From assembly GCF_005696695.1 (NCBI RefSeq), contig NZ_CP040006.1, positions 2,190,001 to 2,222,000 of the forward strand: a stretch of DNA of 32,000 bases, written 5' to 3'. A program made the position numbers and the translations under genes. Under the pieces are notes generated by a model. The model made no database searches, was not told the DNA's origin, and saw only the letters and a program-made list of their open reading frames with translations. The stretch's first letter is position 1, and each line of letters starts with the position of its first letter. The stretch comes from Schaalia odontolytica (GTDB lineage Bacteria; Actinomycetota; Actinomycetes; Actinomycetales; Actinomycetaceae). Shown here in pieces: positions 23,536 through 32,000 of this stretch.

Positions 23536-24627
23536 TTACTCGCCCGCGAGGCGGTCGACCTCGTGCATGATGAGGCCACACACCGCGCTCACCCACGCGA
23601 CGGCTGCGACGCCGAGGACGCGCGAGCGCCAGGGCCTCACCTGCAGGAAGTCCTCGAAACCGTAGCCGGATCCTGGGGACGCGGCGGACATGCTGAAGCC
23701 CCACATGGCGGCGCCGGTGGCCAGCAGTGCGATGACGATGAGTCCAAGGCTCGCCCACACCATGACGCGTTGGACTTTCGCTCCGTGTCGGGGGCGCCGC
23801 TCGATGGGCGACAGGGCGAGGGCCCACGCTCCAGCGATGAGGGCGGCGGTGATGACGTCGGAGGGGCGGTGCCAGCCTTCCATCATGACGGACACGCCCA
23901 TGAGGGATGTCCACGCCCAGCCGATCCACGCGGACGGGCTGCGGAACCACTGGGGCGCGACGACGATGAGGGCCAGCGACAGGGTGACGGCGACGGTCGT
24001 GTGCCCGGAGGGCAGGGAGTTGCCGGCGCCGGTCGTGACGCCCAGATTCGGGCGGGTGAGGATGTAGTCCTTGAGGATCTGGGTCGTGATGTTAGCGCCG
24101 ATGACAGCGCCGAGGGCGCGCCCTGCGAGCGTGGGCCGCCGTCGCGCAGCGGCGACGAGGGCGACGACAATGCCGGCTGCGACCATGACGGGCACGGACA
24201 CGATGCCGGTGATGAGGGTGGAGAAGGCCTCGTAGCGCCTCGCGGAGCGCATGGTGCCTTCCATGAGGATCGTGTCGAGGACCTGCCCGGGCGCGGTCGA
24301 GAGCGCCACGTGGCTGATGAGCATCGTCAGCGCCAGGCAGGCGGCAACTCCCCCGAGGCGTCGGGCGAGCTTGCGCCGGTACCAGGAGTCGGAGGTCAGG
24401 CGACGAGGCTGGGACCCATTCGCCGGGGCCTCGCCGTTGGTCTGGGGGCCGGGAGCACGCCCTCGGGTGGGCCGCTGGGTAGCGGGGGTGCGCTCCGCTC
24501 GGGAGGAGCGGCCGGCGGTCTCGGCGGATGCCGACGAGCGCGCGCGGGGGCGCACGGGGCGTGAGCCTTTGGTGTAGGACTCGTCGACGGTGGGGTCGGA
24601 GGGCAGGGCGGCGTTGGGGTCGTCCAT
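23536..24627 (-). CDS. PAP2-superfamily (type 2 phosphatidic acid phosphatase-like) membrane phosphatase
   Basis: ORF 23536..24798 trimmed to ATG 24627, with GGAGGA 4 nt upstream. The N-terminus is disordered and Arg/Pro-rich, followed by TM helices carrying the three PAP2 motifs: KDYILTRPN, LPSGHT and GWHRPSDV. Confidence 0.82.
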   Translation of the reverse strand: MDDPNAALPSDPTVDESYTKGSRPVRPRARSSASAETAGRSSRAERTPATQRPTRGRAPGPQTNGEAPANGSQPRRLTSDSWYRRKLARRLGGVAACLALTMLISHVALSTAPGQVLDTILMEGTMRSARRYEAFSTLITGIVSVPVMVAAGIVVALVAAARRRPTLAGRALGAVIGANITTQILKDYILTRPNLGVTTGAGNSLPSGHTTVAVTLSLALIVVAPQWFRSPSAWIGWAWTSLMGVSVMMEGWHRPSDVITAALIAGAWALALSPIERRPRHGAKVQRVMVWASLGLIVIALLATGAAMWGFSMSAASPGSGYGFEDFLQVRPWRSRVLGVAAVAWVSAVCGLIMHEVDRLAGE

Positions 24628-24888
24628 GGTGTCCTCCGTTCGTGTCGATGCGTTATTTCGTATCCACTGTAGTGGAGGGACGCGCGGGCGCGTGTATTGG
24701 TTTCGCTTTCTCACGAATCGAAGGCAAGCACACAGCGGGTGGGCACCCTGCGCACCTGCCCTGGCCTCGTCGAAAAGGCGCGGAAGGCCCCGTGTCAAGA
24801 CTTGTCGGACAACGTGGGCGCGCGCGGGAGAGAGGCCTCGGTTACAGTGGGGGTGTCCGATTCTGTATGTCTCACGCGGGAGTTGTCA

Positions 24889-25347
24889 GTGGCTGCATCT
24901 TCACCTGTCAGCACCGATCGCATTCGGGATTTGCTGCGTTCCCGGGACGTGCGTTTCGGCGACTACAACGAGGGCGAGCTGGCGTATCTGACGCCGAACG
25001 CCGCTTTTTTCTGGAATGCGACGAACCCTCAGATTTTGCAGTTGCGCGCTCAGTGGCGCGGGATTGCGCGCACGCCGGAGCAGTTCGGTGAGCTTGCCCG
25101 CGAGGTCGCGGCCTGCAATTCGACGCGCACTGGCCCGAAGGCGTACTTGGCGCCCCTGGAGGATGGCACGCAGTACGGCCTGATCGCGGAGTGCAACGTC
25201 GTGGTCATGTCGGGGCTTACGCAGGCTCAGTTGGATAATTTCTTTGAGACGTCCATGTCGATGATCATGGGTTTCTTCGCAGATCTTGAGGTGACGTTGC
25301 CCGGGTTCGTGGATTGGGATTCCCAGGGTCGGGAGGTGTCGCTGTGA
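24889..25347 (+). CDS. YbjN-like small acidic protein (paralogue 1; family tentative)
   Basis: ORF 24697..25347, with GTG 24889 preceded by GGGAG 6 nt upstream. It shares layout with the next gene (LQLRAQW vs LSIRALW; GLTQAQLDNFF vs [11 protein letters not shown]). The stop overlaps the next start (GTGA). Confidence 0.7.
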   Translation: MAASSPVSTDRIRDLLRSRDVRFGDYNEGELAYLTPNAAFFWNATNPQILQLRAQWRGIARTPEQFGELAREVAACNSTRTGPKAYLAPLEDGTQYGLIAECNVVVMSGLTQAQLDNFFETSMSMIMGFFADLEVTLPGFVDWDSQGREVSL

Positions 25348-25826
25348 ACGTTCCGTACGTGGTGCCCGAGGACGACGTGACCCCCTACCCGGCCGATTTT
25401 GAGCGGGTCGTTCAGGCCGTGCGCGAGATGGGTTACGCGCTGGACGTGATCGAGAAGGGGCGCGCGGCGGGCGCTATTTTTGACGAGATTCCTTTCCTCG
25501 TGTCGTTCGATGCGGCGGGGCGTTTCCTGTCGATTCGTGCGCTGTGGGAGTCGGATCTGCCGGCCGAGAGCGCGGAGCCCGCACTTTTTGCGACGGCCGA
25601 CAATTGGAATCGCGAGAAGTATTTCCCGACGGTGTACACGGCGACCTCTCCGGAGGGGACGCTGGGCGTGTACGCGGACTTCGTGGTGGACACGGAGGCC
25701 GGCCTGTCGGATGTGCAGCTGCGTGACGCGATTTCGTCGGGTATTTCGACGGGTATCGCGGCGATCCAGTACGTGAAGGAGTCCGCCTCCGAGGCACTGG
25801 GGCTCGGTGAATCCGGGCGCGAATGA
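25344..25826 (+). CDS. YbjN-like small acidic protein (paralogue 2; family tentative)
   Basis: ORF 25314..25826, with GTG 25344 preceded by GGGAGG 7 nt upstream. The stop overlaps the helicase ATG (ATGA at 25823..25826). Confidence 0.7.
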   Translation: MNVPYVVPEDDVTPYPADFERVVQAVREMGYALDVIEKGRAAGAIFDEIPFLVSFDAAGRFLSIRALWESDLPAESAEPALFATADNWNREKYFPTVYTATSPEGTLGVYADFVVDTEAGLSDVQLRDAISSGISTGIAAIQYVKESASEALGLGESGRE

Positions 25827-28531
25827 GCGCTGACCTGCCACCCGCTTCTGAGACGTCTTCGTCGAACGAGGCCGGGGCTTCCTCGCCCGATCAGGCGCAG
25901 CAGGGCCTGTCCTCTCCTTCTCCCGCGCACCTGCTCGATGTTCTGGAGCGCATGAGCGCCGGGGATGATCGGCTGCTCGGCCACGTGACGCTGCCGGGCC
26001 GATCGGGGAAGATCGCGGATTGGCCGCAGTGGGTGTCGCCCGCAGTCGTGGACGCGTGGGCGCGCCGGGGCGTGGAGCGCCCGTGGATCCATCAGCGCGA
26101 GGCCTTGGACGCTGTGCGCGAGGGCCGCGACGTCGTGCTCGCGACGGGCACGGGGTCAGGCAAGTCGCTGGCCGCGTGGACGCCGATCCTCTCCGACCTG
26201 GTGGAGGCCGAGGATTCGTCGCGCATTTCCGCGATTCACCGCCGCCCGACGGCCCTGTACCTGGCTCCGACGAAGGCTCTGGCGGCGGATCAGCTGGCTT
26301 CGCTGATGTCGCTTCTCGGCCAGGACGACAAGCCCGCCGACGCGCAGGCGAGCGCAGACGCGGAAGGGAGCCCCGGCCTCGTCGATGAGAGGCTGCGCCG
26401 CGTGCGCGCGACGACCGTGGACGGGGATACTCCGCGCGAGGCGAAGGAGTGGGCGCGGGCGGGCGCTGACCTGATCCTCTCGAACCCTGATTTCCTGCAC
26501 TACGTGATGCTTCCGTCGCACCAGCGGTGGTCACGTTTCCTGGCATCGCTGCGCCTCATCGTCATCGATGAGGCCCACCATTGGCGAGGCGTGACCGGCT
26601 CGCACATTGCGCTGGTCGTGCGCCGACTGCTGCGCGTCGCCCACCACCTGGGCGCGGATCCGCGCGTCGTCATGCTGAGCGCGACCGTGCGCGACGCGGC
26701 GGCGGTGGGCCGCGCGCTCACGGGGCGCGACGCGGTCGCCATCACCGAGGACGGCTCGCCGGCGGGCGCCCACGAACTAGTCCTGTGGCAGGGCGCGATC
26801 ATGGCCGACGAGTCCGAGGTCGACATCTCTTCTTTCCTGGAGGCCCTCGACGCGCCGCCCGGCACGGCCACCCTCAAGGTCCCGATCGTGCGACGCAGCG
26901 CCGGGGTCGAGGCCGCCAACCTGGCCACCGCTTTCGTCGAGGAGGGGGCGCGCCTCCTCGCCTTCGTGCGTTCTCGCGCGGGGGCCGAGGCCGTGGCCGC
27001 TCAGGTGCGCGACCGGCTCTCGGCGCGTGGTTCCGCGGACGCGGGCCGGGTGGGAGCGTATCGCGGCGGTTACCTACCCGAGGAGCGCCGGGCGCTCGAA
27101 GAGGCGATCCGCACGGGAGAAGTACGGGCGCTCGCCACGACGTCCGCGCTCGAAATGGGCCTGGACATCTCGGGCCTGGACGCGACGATCACGGTCGGCT
27201 GGCCGGGCACGCGCGCGTCCCTGCGCCAGCAGATCGGCCGCGCGGGTCGCGCGGGCGCGCCCGGAACCTCCGTGCTCATCGCTTCCGACAACCCGCTGGA
27301 CGCGTACCTAGTGCGCCACCCGGAGCACATTCTCGGCGAGGTCGAGGCCTCCGTCATCGACCCCTCCAACCCGTGGGTGCTGGCACCGCACGTCGCAGCC
27401 GCGGCCGCCGAAATGCCGATCACGGCGTCCGATATCACCTACTTTGGCCCGGAACTGCGAGGCGTCACCGAGCGCCTCGTCGCCGACGGGTACCTTAAGC
27501 GCAGGCCCTCAGGGTTCTTCTGGGACGCCACCAGGCCCGAGCGTCCCAGCGACCTCACCGACCTGCGCGGAGCCGCCGGCGACGTCCAGATCGTCGACGC
27601 GGCCACCGGCACCGTCATCGGTACGATCGACCAGGCCTCCGCCGACGCCCACGTCTTCCCCGGCGCCATCTACATCCACCAGGGGCGCACCTTCCACGTC
27701 CTGAGCCTCACCTCCCTCACCACGCCCGCCGCTCCCGCCGCCCAGGGGTGGCCGCGCGCCCTCCTGCCCGAGGCACCGGGCGGCACCCAGGGAACCGAGC
27801 ACCTCGGGGGCGGGGAGCGGGAGGGGGCCCAGGCCTCGTCGATCATCATCCCGCCCGCGCGGACGGGCGACGCGCGCGTCGCCCTGGTCGAGGAGGTGCG
27901 CACTCCCCTGCGCACGCGCTCGGCGACCCACACGAGCGTCGAGGTCTGCGCGATCGAGGAGACCTACGTGTGCGGGGACGGCACGGTCACCTGGCATCAC
28001 GGGCCGACGAACGTGTCGACGCGGGTCACCGACTACGACCTGCTGCGCCTGCCCGGGCTCGAGTTCATCCGCAACATCGAGCTCTTCCTGCCCACCCACA
28101 CCCTGCCCACGAAGTCGACGTGGTTCACGCTCACTCCGGCGGCGCTGGCCGCGATGGGGATCGAGGCCGCGGACCTGGCGGGCACGCTGCACGCGACCGA
28201 GCACGCGATGATCGGGATCCTGCCGATCGTCGCGACCTGCGACCGCTGGGACCTGGGCGGCCTGTCCACCGAGCTGCACGACGACACGGGCGCGCCCACT
28301 GTCTTTATCCACGACGCGTTCCGGGGCGGCGCGGGGCACGTGCTCGCCGGCTTTCACAGCGCGCGGTCGTGGGTGGCCGCGACCCTCGAGGCCGTCTCCT
28401 CCTGCGACTGCGAGTCCGGGTGCCCGCGCTGCGTCCAATCCCCCAAGTGCGGCAACGGCAACGAACCCCTGTCCAAACAGGGCGCGATCACGCTGCTTAC
28501 CTACCTCCTGGAGCGCGCACCGGGGGCGTAA
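25823..28531 (+). CDS. SF2 DEAH-box helicase with C-terminal DUF1998 zinc-ribbon domain (MrfA/YprA / SftH-like)
   Basis: 902 aa. Motif I is [11 protein letters not shown], Ia is [13 protein letters not shown] is [11 protein letters not shown] is SAT, and VI is [10 protein letters not shown]. The C-terminal four-Cys module is [23 protein letters not shown], the DUF1998/MrfA Zn-binding domain. Confidence 0.9.
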   Translation: MSADLPPASETSSSNEAGASSPDQAQQGLSSPSPAHLLDVLERMSAGDDRLLGHVTLPGRSGKIADWPQWVSPAVVDAWARRGVERPWIHQREALDAVREGRDVVLATGTGSGKSLAAWTPILSDLVEAEDSSRISAIHRRPTALYLAPTKALAADQLASLMSLLGQDDKPADAQASADAEGSPGLVDERLRRVRATTVDGDTPREAKEWARAGADLILSNPDFLHYVMLPSHQRWSRFLASLRLIVIDEAHHWRGVTGSHIALVVRRLLRVAHHLGADPRVVMLSATVRDAAAVGRALTGRDAVAITEDGSPAGAHELVLWQGAIMADESEVDISSFLEALDAPPGTATLKVPIVRRSAGVEAANLATAFVEEGARLLAFVRSRAGAEAVAAQVRDRLSARGSADAGRVGAYRGGYLPEERRALEEAIRTGEVRALATTSALEMGLDISGLDATITVGWPGTRASLRQQIGRAGRAGAPGTSVLIASDNPLDAYLVRHPEHILGEVEASVIDPSNPWVLAPHVAAAAAEMPITASDITYFGPELRGVTERLVADGYLKRRPSGFFWDATRPERPSDLTDLRGAAGDVQIVDAATGTVIGTIDQASADAHVFPGAIYIHQGRTFHVLSLTSLTTPAAPAAQGWPRALLPEAPGGTQGTEHLGGGEREGAQASSIIIPPARTGDARVALVEEVRTPLRTRSATHTSVEVCAIEETYVCGDGTVTWHHGPTNVSTRVTDYDLLRLPGLEFIRNIELFLPTHTLPTKSTWFTLTPAALAAMGIEAADLAGTLHATEHAMIGILPIVATCDRWDLGGLSTELHDDTGAPTVFIHDAFRGGAGHVLAGFHSARSWVAATLEAVSSCDCESGCPRCVQSPKCGNGNEPLSKQGAITLLTYLLERAPGA

Positions 28532-28607
28532 TGCACGTTGCCTTTTCGGTAACCTCACCATATGCTGAGCGACGTCCCCCATCACGCCGAACACATGATC
28601 AGTGTGC

Positions 28608-28634
28608 CAGCCACGAGGAGCCGCATCGTGGCTG
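28608..28634 (+). other. Hairpin between the helicase and the S8 protease gene
   Basis: 9-bp stem CAGCCACGA (28608-28616) / TCGTGGCTG (28626-28634) with a 9-nt loop. There is no U-tract, so its function (weak terminator or processing site) is unknown. Confidence 0.3.
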
Positions 28635-28656
28635 TCCAACGATGGAGTCCCTTTCA

Positions 28657-29847
28657 ATGACGACACCTGCCTCTTCTACGGCGCGCCTGCTCGGCGTCGT
28701 CACCTCGACGCTGGCGCTCACTGTGGGGACCGCGGCACTACCCTCCGGCCCGGCGCGGGCGGCGGACACGATCACGGCAGCGGATCAGCCGTACGTCTCC
28801 TACTACCGCCTCGACGAGCTGCACGCCACCGGCCTGACGGGTGAAGGCGTCACTATCGCGATCATCGACGGCGAGGTTGACACGAAAGCCCCCGAGCTGT
28901 CGAGCACAACCATCACGGACAAGACGCCGTGCACGGTGACGTCCAGCCCGTTCGCGCGGACCCACGGCACGGCGGTGGCCTCGGTCATCGGCGCCGACGG
29001 ATACGGGGTCGCTCCCTCGGCGATGATCCTCTCGTACCGATCGAGCCTGTCCGGGCAGGGCGACGTGTCCGGCGATGACTGCCGCGGTGACTTCGGCGTG
29101 CGAAAGGATTCCTACGCGTCCCTCGCCAACCACGCGATGAATGACGGTGCGACGATCATCAACATGTCGGTGTCGAGCGACGACCGGGACGTCTTTTTGA
29201 AGTGGGCGGTCGCTCGAGCCATGTCTCAAGGCGTCATCATCGTCACCGCGAGCGGGAACTCTGGCCGGGATGGGAACTCTCGGTCGCTTGCCTGGTGGTC
29301 GGGCGTTGTCGGCGTCGGCGCCATCGACACTCAGGGTGCCGTCGTGGCGTCCTCATCCAGCGGCGACGGACTCGTCTCTGCAGCCGTGAGCGGCCCCGTG
29401 ACCGTGCACGACTATTCCTCCCGACAGACCACGCAGGTCAGCGGCACGTCGATTTCCTCTCCCCTTGTTGCTGGTTTCCTGGCCTTAGCCCGCCAGAAGT
29501 GGCCCGAGGCGACCGCGAATCAGTTGCTCCAACTCCTCGTTCACACGGGCACCAACCCGGACCACACCTGGAACGAGCACACCGGCTACGGTCCGATCGA
29601 CCCGGCTGCGATGCTGGCGACCGACCCAACCCAATTCCCGGATGAGAATCCCCTGGCGAACAAGGGTGACGCGTCGACGCCGACTCCGGAGGAGATCCAG
29701 CAGTACGAGGACGGGGTCGTCTCTCCCTTCGACATAGCCTTCGACAACTCCTACGTTTACCGAGGCCTGGACCAGAGCACGCTATTCGACAACCGCAACC
29801 CCTACCCCACCCACCTGGGGACCAGCCCGCGCTACCACGGCAAGTAA
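28657..29847 (+). CDS. Secreted S8 (subtilisin-family) serine peptidase
   Basis: ORF 27748..29847 trimmed. ATG 28657 has GGAG 9 nt upstream; ATG 28642 is the alternative. The signal peptide is MTTPASSTARLLGVVTSTLALTVGTAALPSGPARA/AD. The catalytic triad motifs are IAIIDGEVD, HGTAVASVIG and SGTSISSPLVAG. Confidence 0.88.
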   Translation: MTTPASSTARLLGVVTSTLALTVGTAALPSGPARAADTITAADQPYVSYYRLDELHATGLTGEGVTIAIIDGEVDTKAPELSSTTITDKTPCTVTSSPFARTHGTAVASVIGADGYGVAPSAMILSYRSSLSGQGDVSGDDCRGDFGVRKDSYASLANHAMNDGATIINMSVSSDDRDVFLKWAVARAMSQGVIIVTASGNSGRDGNSRSLAWWSGVVGVGAIDTQGAVVASSSSGDGLVSAAVSGPVTVHDYSSRQTTQVSGTSISSPLVAGFLALARQKWPEATANQLLQLLVHTGTNPDHTWNEHTGYGPIDPAAMLATDPTQFPDENPLANKGDASTPTPEEIQQYEDGVVSPFDIAFDNSYVYRGLDQSTLFDNRNPYPTHLGTSPRYHGK

Positions 29848-29901
29848 TCCGACACGACACGGTAACTACCGCTGCACGTCGTCCGTTGTCCGTCATATGA
29901 C

Positions 29902-29930
29902 TTGTTTTCTTGAACACCTGGTCATATGCT
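29902..29930 (+). promoter_or_regulatory. Putative promoter (-35 TTGTTT, 17-nt spacer, -10 TATGCT) overlapped by GTCATATG repeats
   Basis: -35 TTGTTT lies at 29902-29907 and -10 TATGCT at 29925-29930. A 10-bp palindrome GTCATATGAC (29892-29901) has a second copy GTCATATG (29921-29928) overlapping the -10. This stretch is lower in GC than its surroundings. Confidence 0.3.
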
Positions 29931-29995
29931 GATCAGCGTCTCATTTTGTTCCGCAGGACACGTGTTTGGCGGACTCGCTACGCAGGAGGTGCGCC

Positions 29996-30466
29996 GTGGC
30001 TGACGTCGCTTTCGATTCCAACAAGCACGCCCAAACTCGCCAGGACGTCGAACAAGGGGAGGCGGCAATCACCTCCAGCTCCGAGGCAATCACTCGCCTC
30101 TCGAACGGACAATACGAGCGTTTTTGGACCGATGAAGCAGGCCCTCAGGCACTGCGGAACGCGTTTATCTCTTTCCTCGGCACATACGGCAAAATTGCCG
30201 CTACCGAGCGCGACACTCTCCTCTCCTTCGGGCGCAATGTCGATCAAGCGATCGAGGACTTTGCCGCCGTTGAGCAGGCGACGGGGGACGAGCTGAAGGC
30301 GCTTCGCGACTCGATGGGCGACCCATCGTCCTACACCTCACCAACGCCCACTTCTTCGACAAGCCCGTCCTCCTCACCTGCCGGGGGATCAGCAACGAGT
30401 CCCGATCCTGCAACGACGGCGGGCACCAACGGCGCGCCCACCCAGGACGCGCAGACAGATTTCTAG
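29996..30466 (+). CDS. Small helical (EspC/WXG100-like, T7SS-target-like) protein with Ser/Thr/Pro-rich tail; paralogue of 7753..8475
   Basis: ORF 29966..30466, with GTG 29996 preceded by AGGAGG 6 nt upstream. The ~105-aa helical domain has Trp44 in the expected hairpin-turn position (RFWTDEAG). Its C-terminal motif DQAIEDFAAVEQATGDELKAL parallels LEAAERDFIAAEEENGQLIGS of the 7753..8475 product. A tail SYTSPTPTSSTSPSSSPAGG... follows. Confidence 0.75.
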   Translation: MADVAFDSNKHAQTRQDVEQGEAAITSSSEAITRLSNGQYERFWTDEAGPQALRNAFISFLGTYGKIAATERDTLLSFGRNVDQAIEDFAAVEQATGDELKALRDSMGDPSSYTSPTPTSSTSPSSSPAGGSATSPDPATTAGTNGAPTQDAQTDF

Positions 30467-30492
30467 CCCGAGACGCACGATAGGAGACAGAC

Positions 30493-32000
30493 ATGGTGAG
30501 TAGCCCCATGTACGACCGCCTCATGAAGTTCGTTGAAGGCGTGGAGGAATCCCGCAAGCTCAGCGGCTACGACACCGAGCATTCCGCGATTATTGCCGGA
30601 ATGGGGATGATGAGTTCCAGGGTGTCCCACTTCAAGGAATACCAGGGCTTCGAGGGGCAAACGGGCGAGGCCATCGATGGCTGGATCGATCGGGCGCAGC
30701 AACGCTACAGCAGCGAACGACAGGGGTACGTGACCGGCACCGAGCACTACGTCGAAGGCCGACGCCTGCTCGTGCACGCCGCCGAGGACGCTAAGCTCCT
30801 ATCACCAACGCTCCTAGACAAGGCAACCGAAGCAATGCGGGGGCTTGCTCAGGTCGTCATTCCTGTCACGAAGCACATGGGCCCATTCGGAGAGACCATC
30901 AACACGATCGCCACAACTGGCGCCGCCTACGTGGACGCTATCGAGGCGCAGGCAAACGCACAGCGCGAGGCTGCGGCCACGGCAATCCTGCAGCGAGTCA
31001 ACGACGAGGCGCAGAAGCTCGCCGACCAGTTGCAAGCACACACGGAACAGCTCAAAGATCTGAAGGACGGCATTGACGATAGGTCCTTTCCTTCCCATTC
31101 AGGCCCCTCTAGCCCATCCGTGTCCGATCAACTAAACCAGGGCAACATGTGGGTCTCCCCTCACGAAGCAGGCGTGTACGGAGCCAGCCGCGATGACGAC
31201 TACGGGCGTTCCGACCTTCGGGGTCAAGGGTCGGGCCTGTACGCGGACGGATACGACGAGGGCGGTCCCATCGATTCCCGCGTCATGTCCTCGAAGCGTA
31301 TTCCCAACCAATACATTTCCGAAGGAGAGCTTGGATCCCGCCTGAACCCCGTCACCGATCCGCAGGATCTGATGGATATCGACCTGCTACACACGCGCGT
31401 CAACGGTGACCGACACGCGAACGGCGTCATCGGCGGTCACACCCCGGCTTCTCCCGTCGATCGCGATCACCCTCTATGGCGCTTCAACGGAGGCCCTGCC
31501 AGCGAATCGTCAACGGCTGGTCGCCTCGGCGGAGCCGGCATCCTCGGCGCAGGGGCGTTAGGCCTTCGCGGCTCCGCTCGTATGGGTTCTGCTGGAACCA
31601 GCATGGGGCGAGCCGGTGGAGCGGGAGCAGGAAGCGCGGCCGGCTCAACGGCCCTGCGCACCGGTTCCTACTCCGGTGCCGGATTTGGCAAGTACACGCC
31701 CCCTGCTCCTGCTGGCGCAACGGGGGCTGGTGCCAACGGAACCTCTGGAGTGACGGGCTTGTCAGGGACGTCCAGCGGCGCGAATAGTGCTGGAAGCTCC
31801 GCGGCCGGCGGTCGCACCCAGGGAGCCGGCGGTTTCATGGGTGCTGGCGGCGCTGGCGCTGGAGGAAAGAAGGACGAGAAGAAGGTCCAGCGACGCCGCT
31901 ACACGCCGTTCCGATTTGAGGAAGACGATGAGCTGCCCGAGGGCTACGTGAACCCACTGTCGCAGACCTACGGTTCCGACAAGGACATTTCGCCCGCACC
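30493..32000 (+). CDS. Large signal-less protein with helical N-domain and Gly/Ala/Ser-rich region, 5' 502 codons (3' end beyond the right window edge)
   Basis: ATG 30493 has AGGAGA 5 nt upstream and lies 26 nt after the previous stop. I translated all 502 in-frame codons to position 32000 and found no stop. It is absent from the ORF track because it is open at the window edge. The N-terminal ~190 aa look helical (..FEGQTGEAIDGWIDRAQQRY.., ..AIEAQANAQREAAATAILQRVNDEAQKLADQLQAHTEQLKDL..). Confidence 0.8.
   Translation, partial: MVSSPMYDRLMKFVEGVEESRKLSGYDTEHSAIIAGMGMMSSRVSHFKEYQGFEGQTGEAIDGWIDRAQQRYSSERQGYVTGTEHYVEGRRLLVHAAEDAKLLSPTLLDKATEAMRGLAQVVIPVTKHMGPFGETINTIATTGAAYVDAIEAQANAQREAAATAILQRVNDEAQKLADQLQAHTEQLKDLKDGIDDRSFPSHSGPSSPSVSDQLNQGNMWVSPHEAGVYGASRDDDYGRSDLRGQGSGLYADGYDEGGPIDSRVMSSKRIPNQYISEGELGSRLNPVTDPQDLMDIDLLHTRVNGDRHANGVIGGHTPASPVDRDHPLWRFNGGPASESSTAGRLGGAGILGAGALGLRGSARMGSAGTSMGRAGGAGAGSAAGSTALRTGSYSGAGFGKYTPPAPAGATGAGANGTSGVTGLSGTSSGANSAGSSAAGGRTQGAGGFMGAGGAGAGGKKDEKKVQRRRYTPFRFEEDDELPEGYVNPLSQTYGSDKDISPA

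Noticed and set aside
24802-24825. PafBC/RecA-NDp-like TTGTCGG motif upstream of the YbjN-helicase operon
   Set aside because: The required downstream TAnnnT -10 element at the 8-nt spacing is absent (CGCGCG instead). No LexA-type TCGAAC-N4-GTTCGA box was seen either.
28657-29847. Calling the S8 protease a mycosin (MycP)
   Set aside because: It lacks the C-terminal transmembrane anchor typical of mycosins, and no ecc genes are adjacent. I kept it as a generic secreted S8 peptidase with a hypothesis only.

Overview
High-GC actinobacterial chromosome segment; Actinomycetaceae-like is my inference from composition and gene content. All family names come from reading the translations and from memory, because no searches were possible. 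I support 24 protein-coding genes, 2 tRNA-Ser genes, several hairpin terminators, a tandem NrdR operator and three kinds of repeat. Two genes are cut by the window edges, so they are missing from the start-to-stop ORF track. They are a signal-peptide surface protein (1..1355, minus) and a large helical-N-terminus protein (30493..>32000, plus). I checked both frames codon by codon. Core genes: AGE-family epimerase, pgm, MFS transporter, App1/DUF2183 phosphatase, LytR_C protein, acyl-CoA dehydrogenase-like protein, nrdD-nrdG, DoxX, PAP2 phosphatase, and a YbjN-YbjN-DEAH/DUF1998 helicase operon. Accessory content: (i) a translationally coupled operon of two 12-TM NnrS-like proteins plus a membrane-anchored, cupredoxin-extended copper nitrite reductase. 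(ii) Two paralogous modules, each a small helical protein followed by a signal-less protein with a helical N-domain. Module 1 (8475..5544, minus) carries a DUF1023-type serine hydrolase and a coupled lipoprotein. Module 2 (29996..>32000, plus) sits directly after a secreted S8 protease. Both read like type VII (ESX/LXG-style) effector cassettes and are my best candidates for an uncharacterised system. (iii) A 910-bp non-coding gap (22625..23535) holds a 21-nt repeat family, a perfect 17-bp inverted repeat around an AT-rich core, and a 109-bp tandem repeat. I recognised no CRISPR array, rRNA, transposase or integrase. The many long ORFs antisense to real genes are high-GC artefacts.
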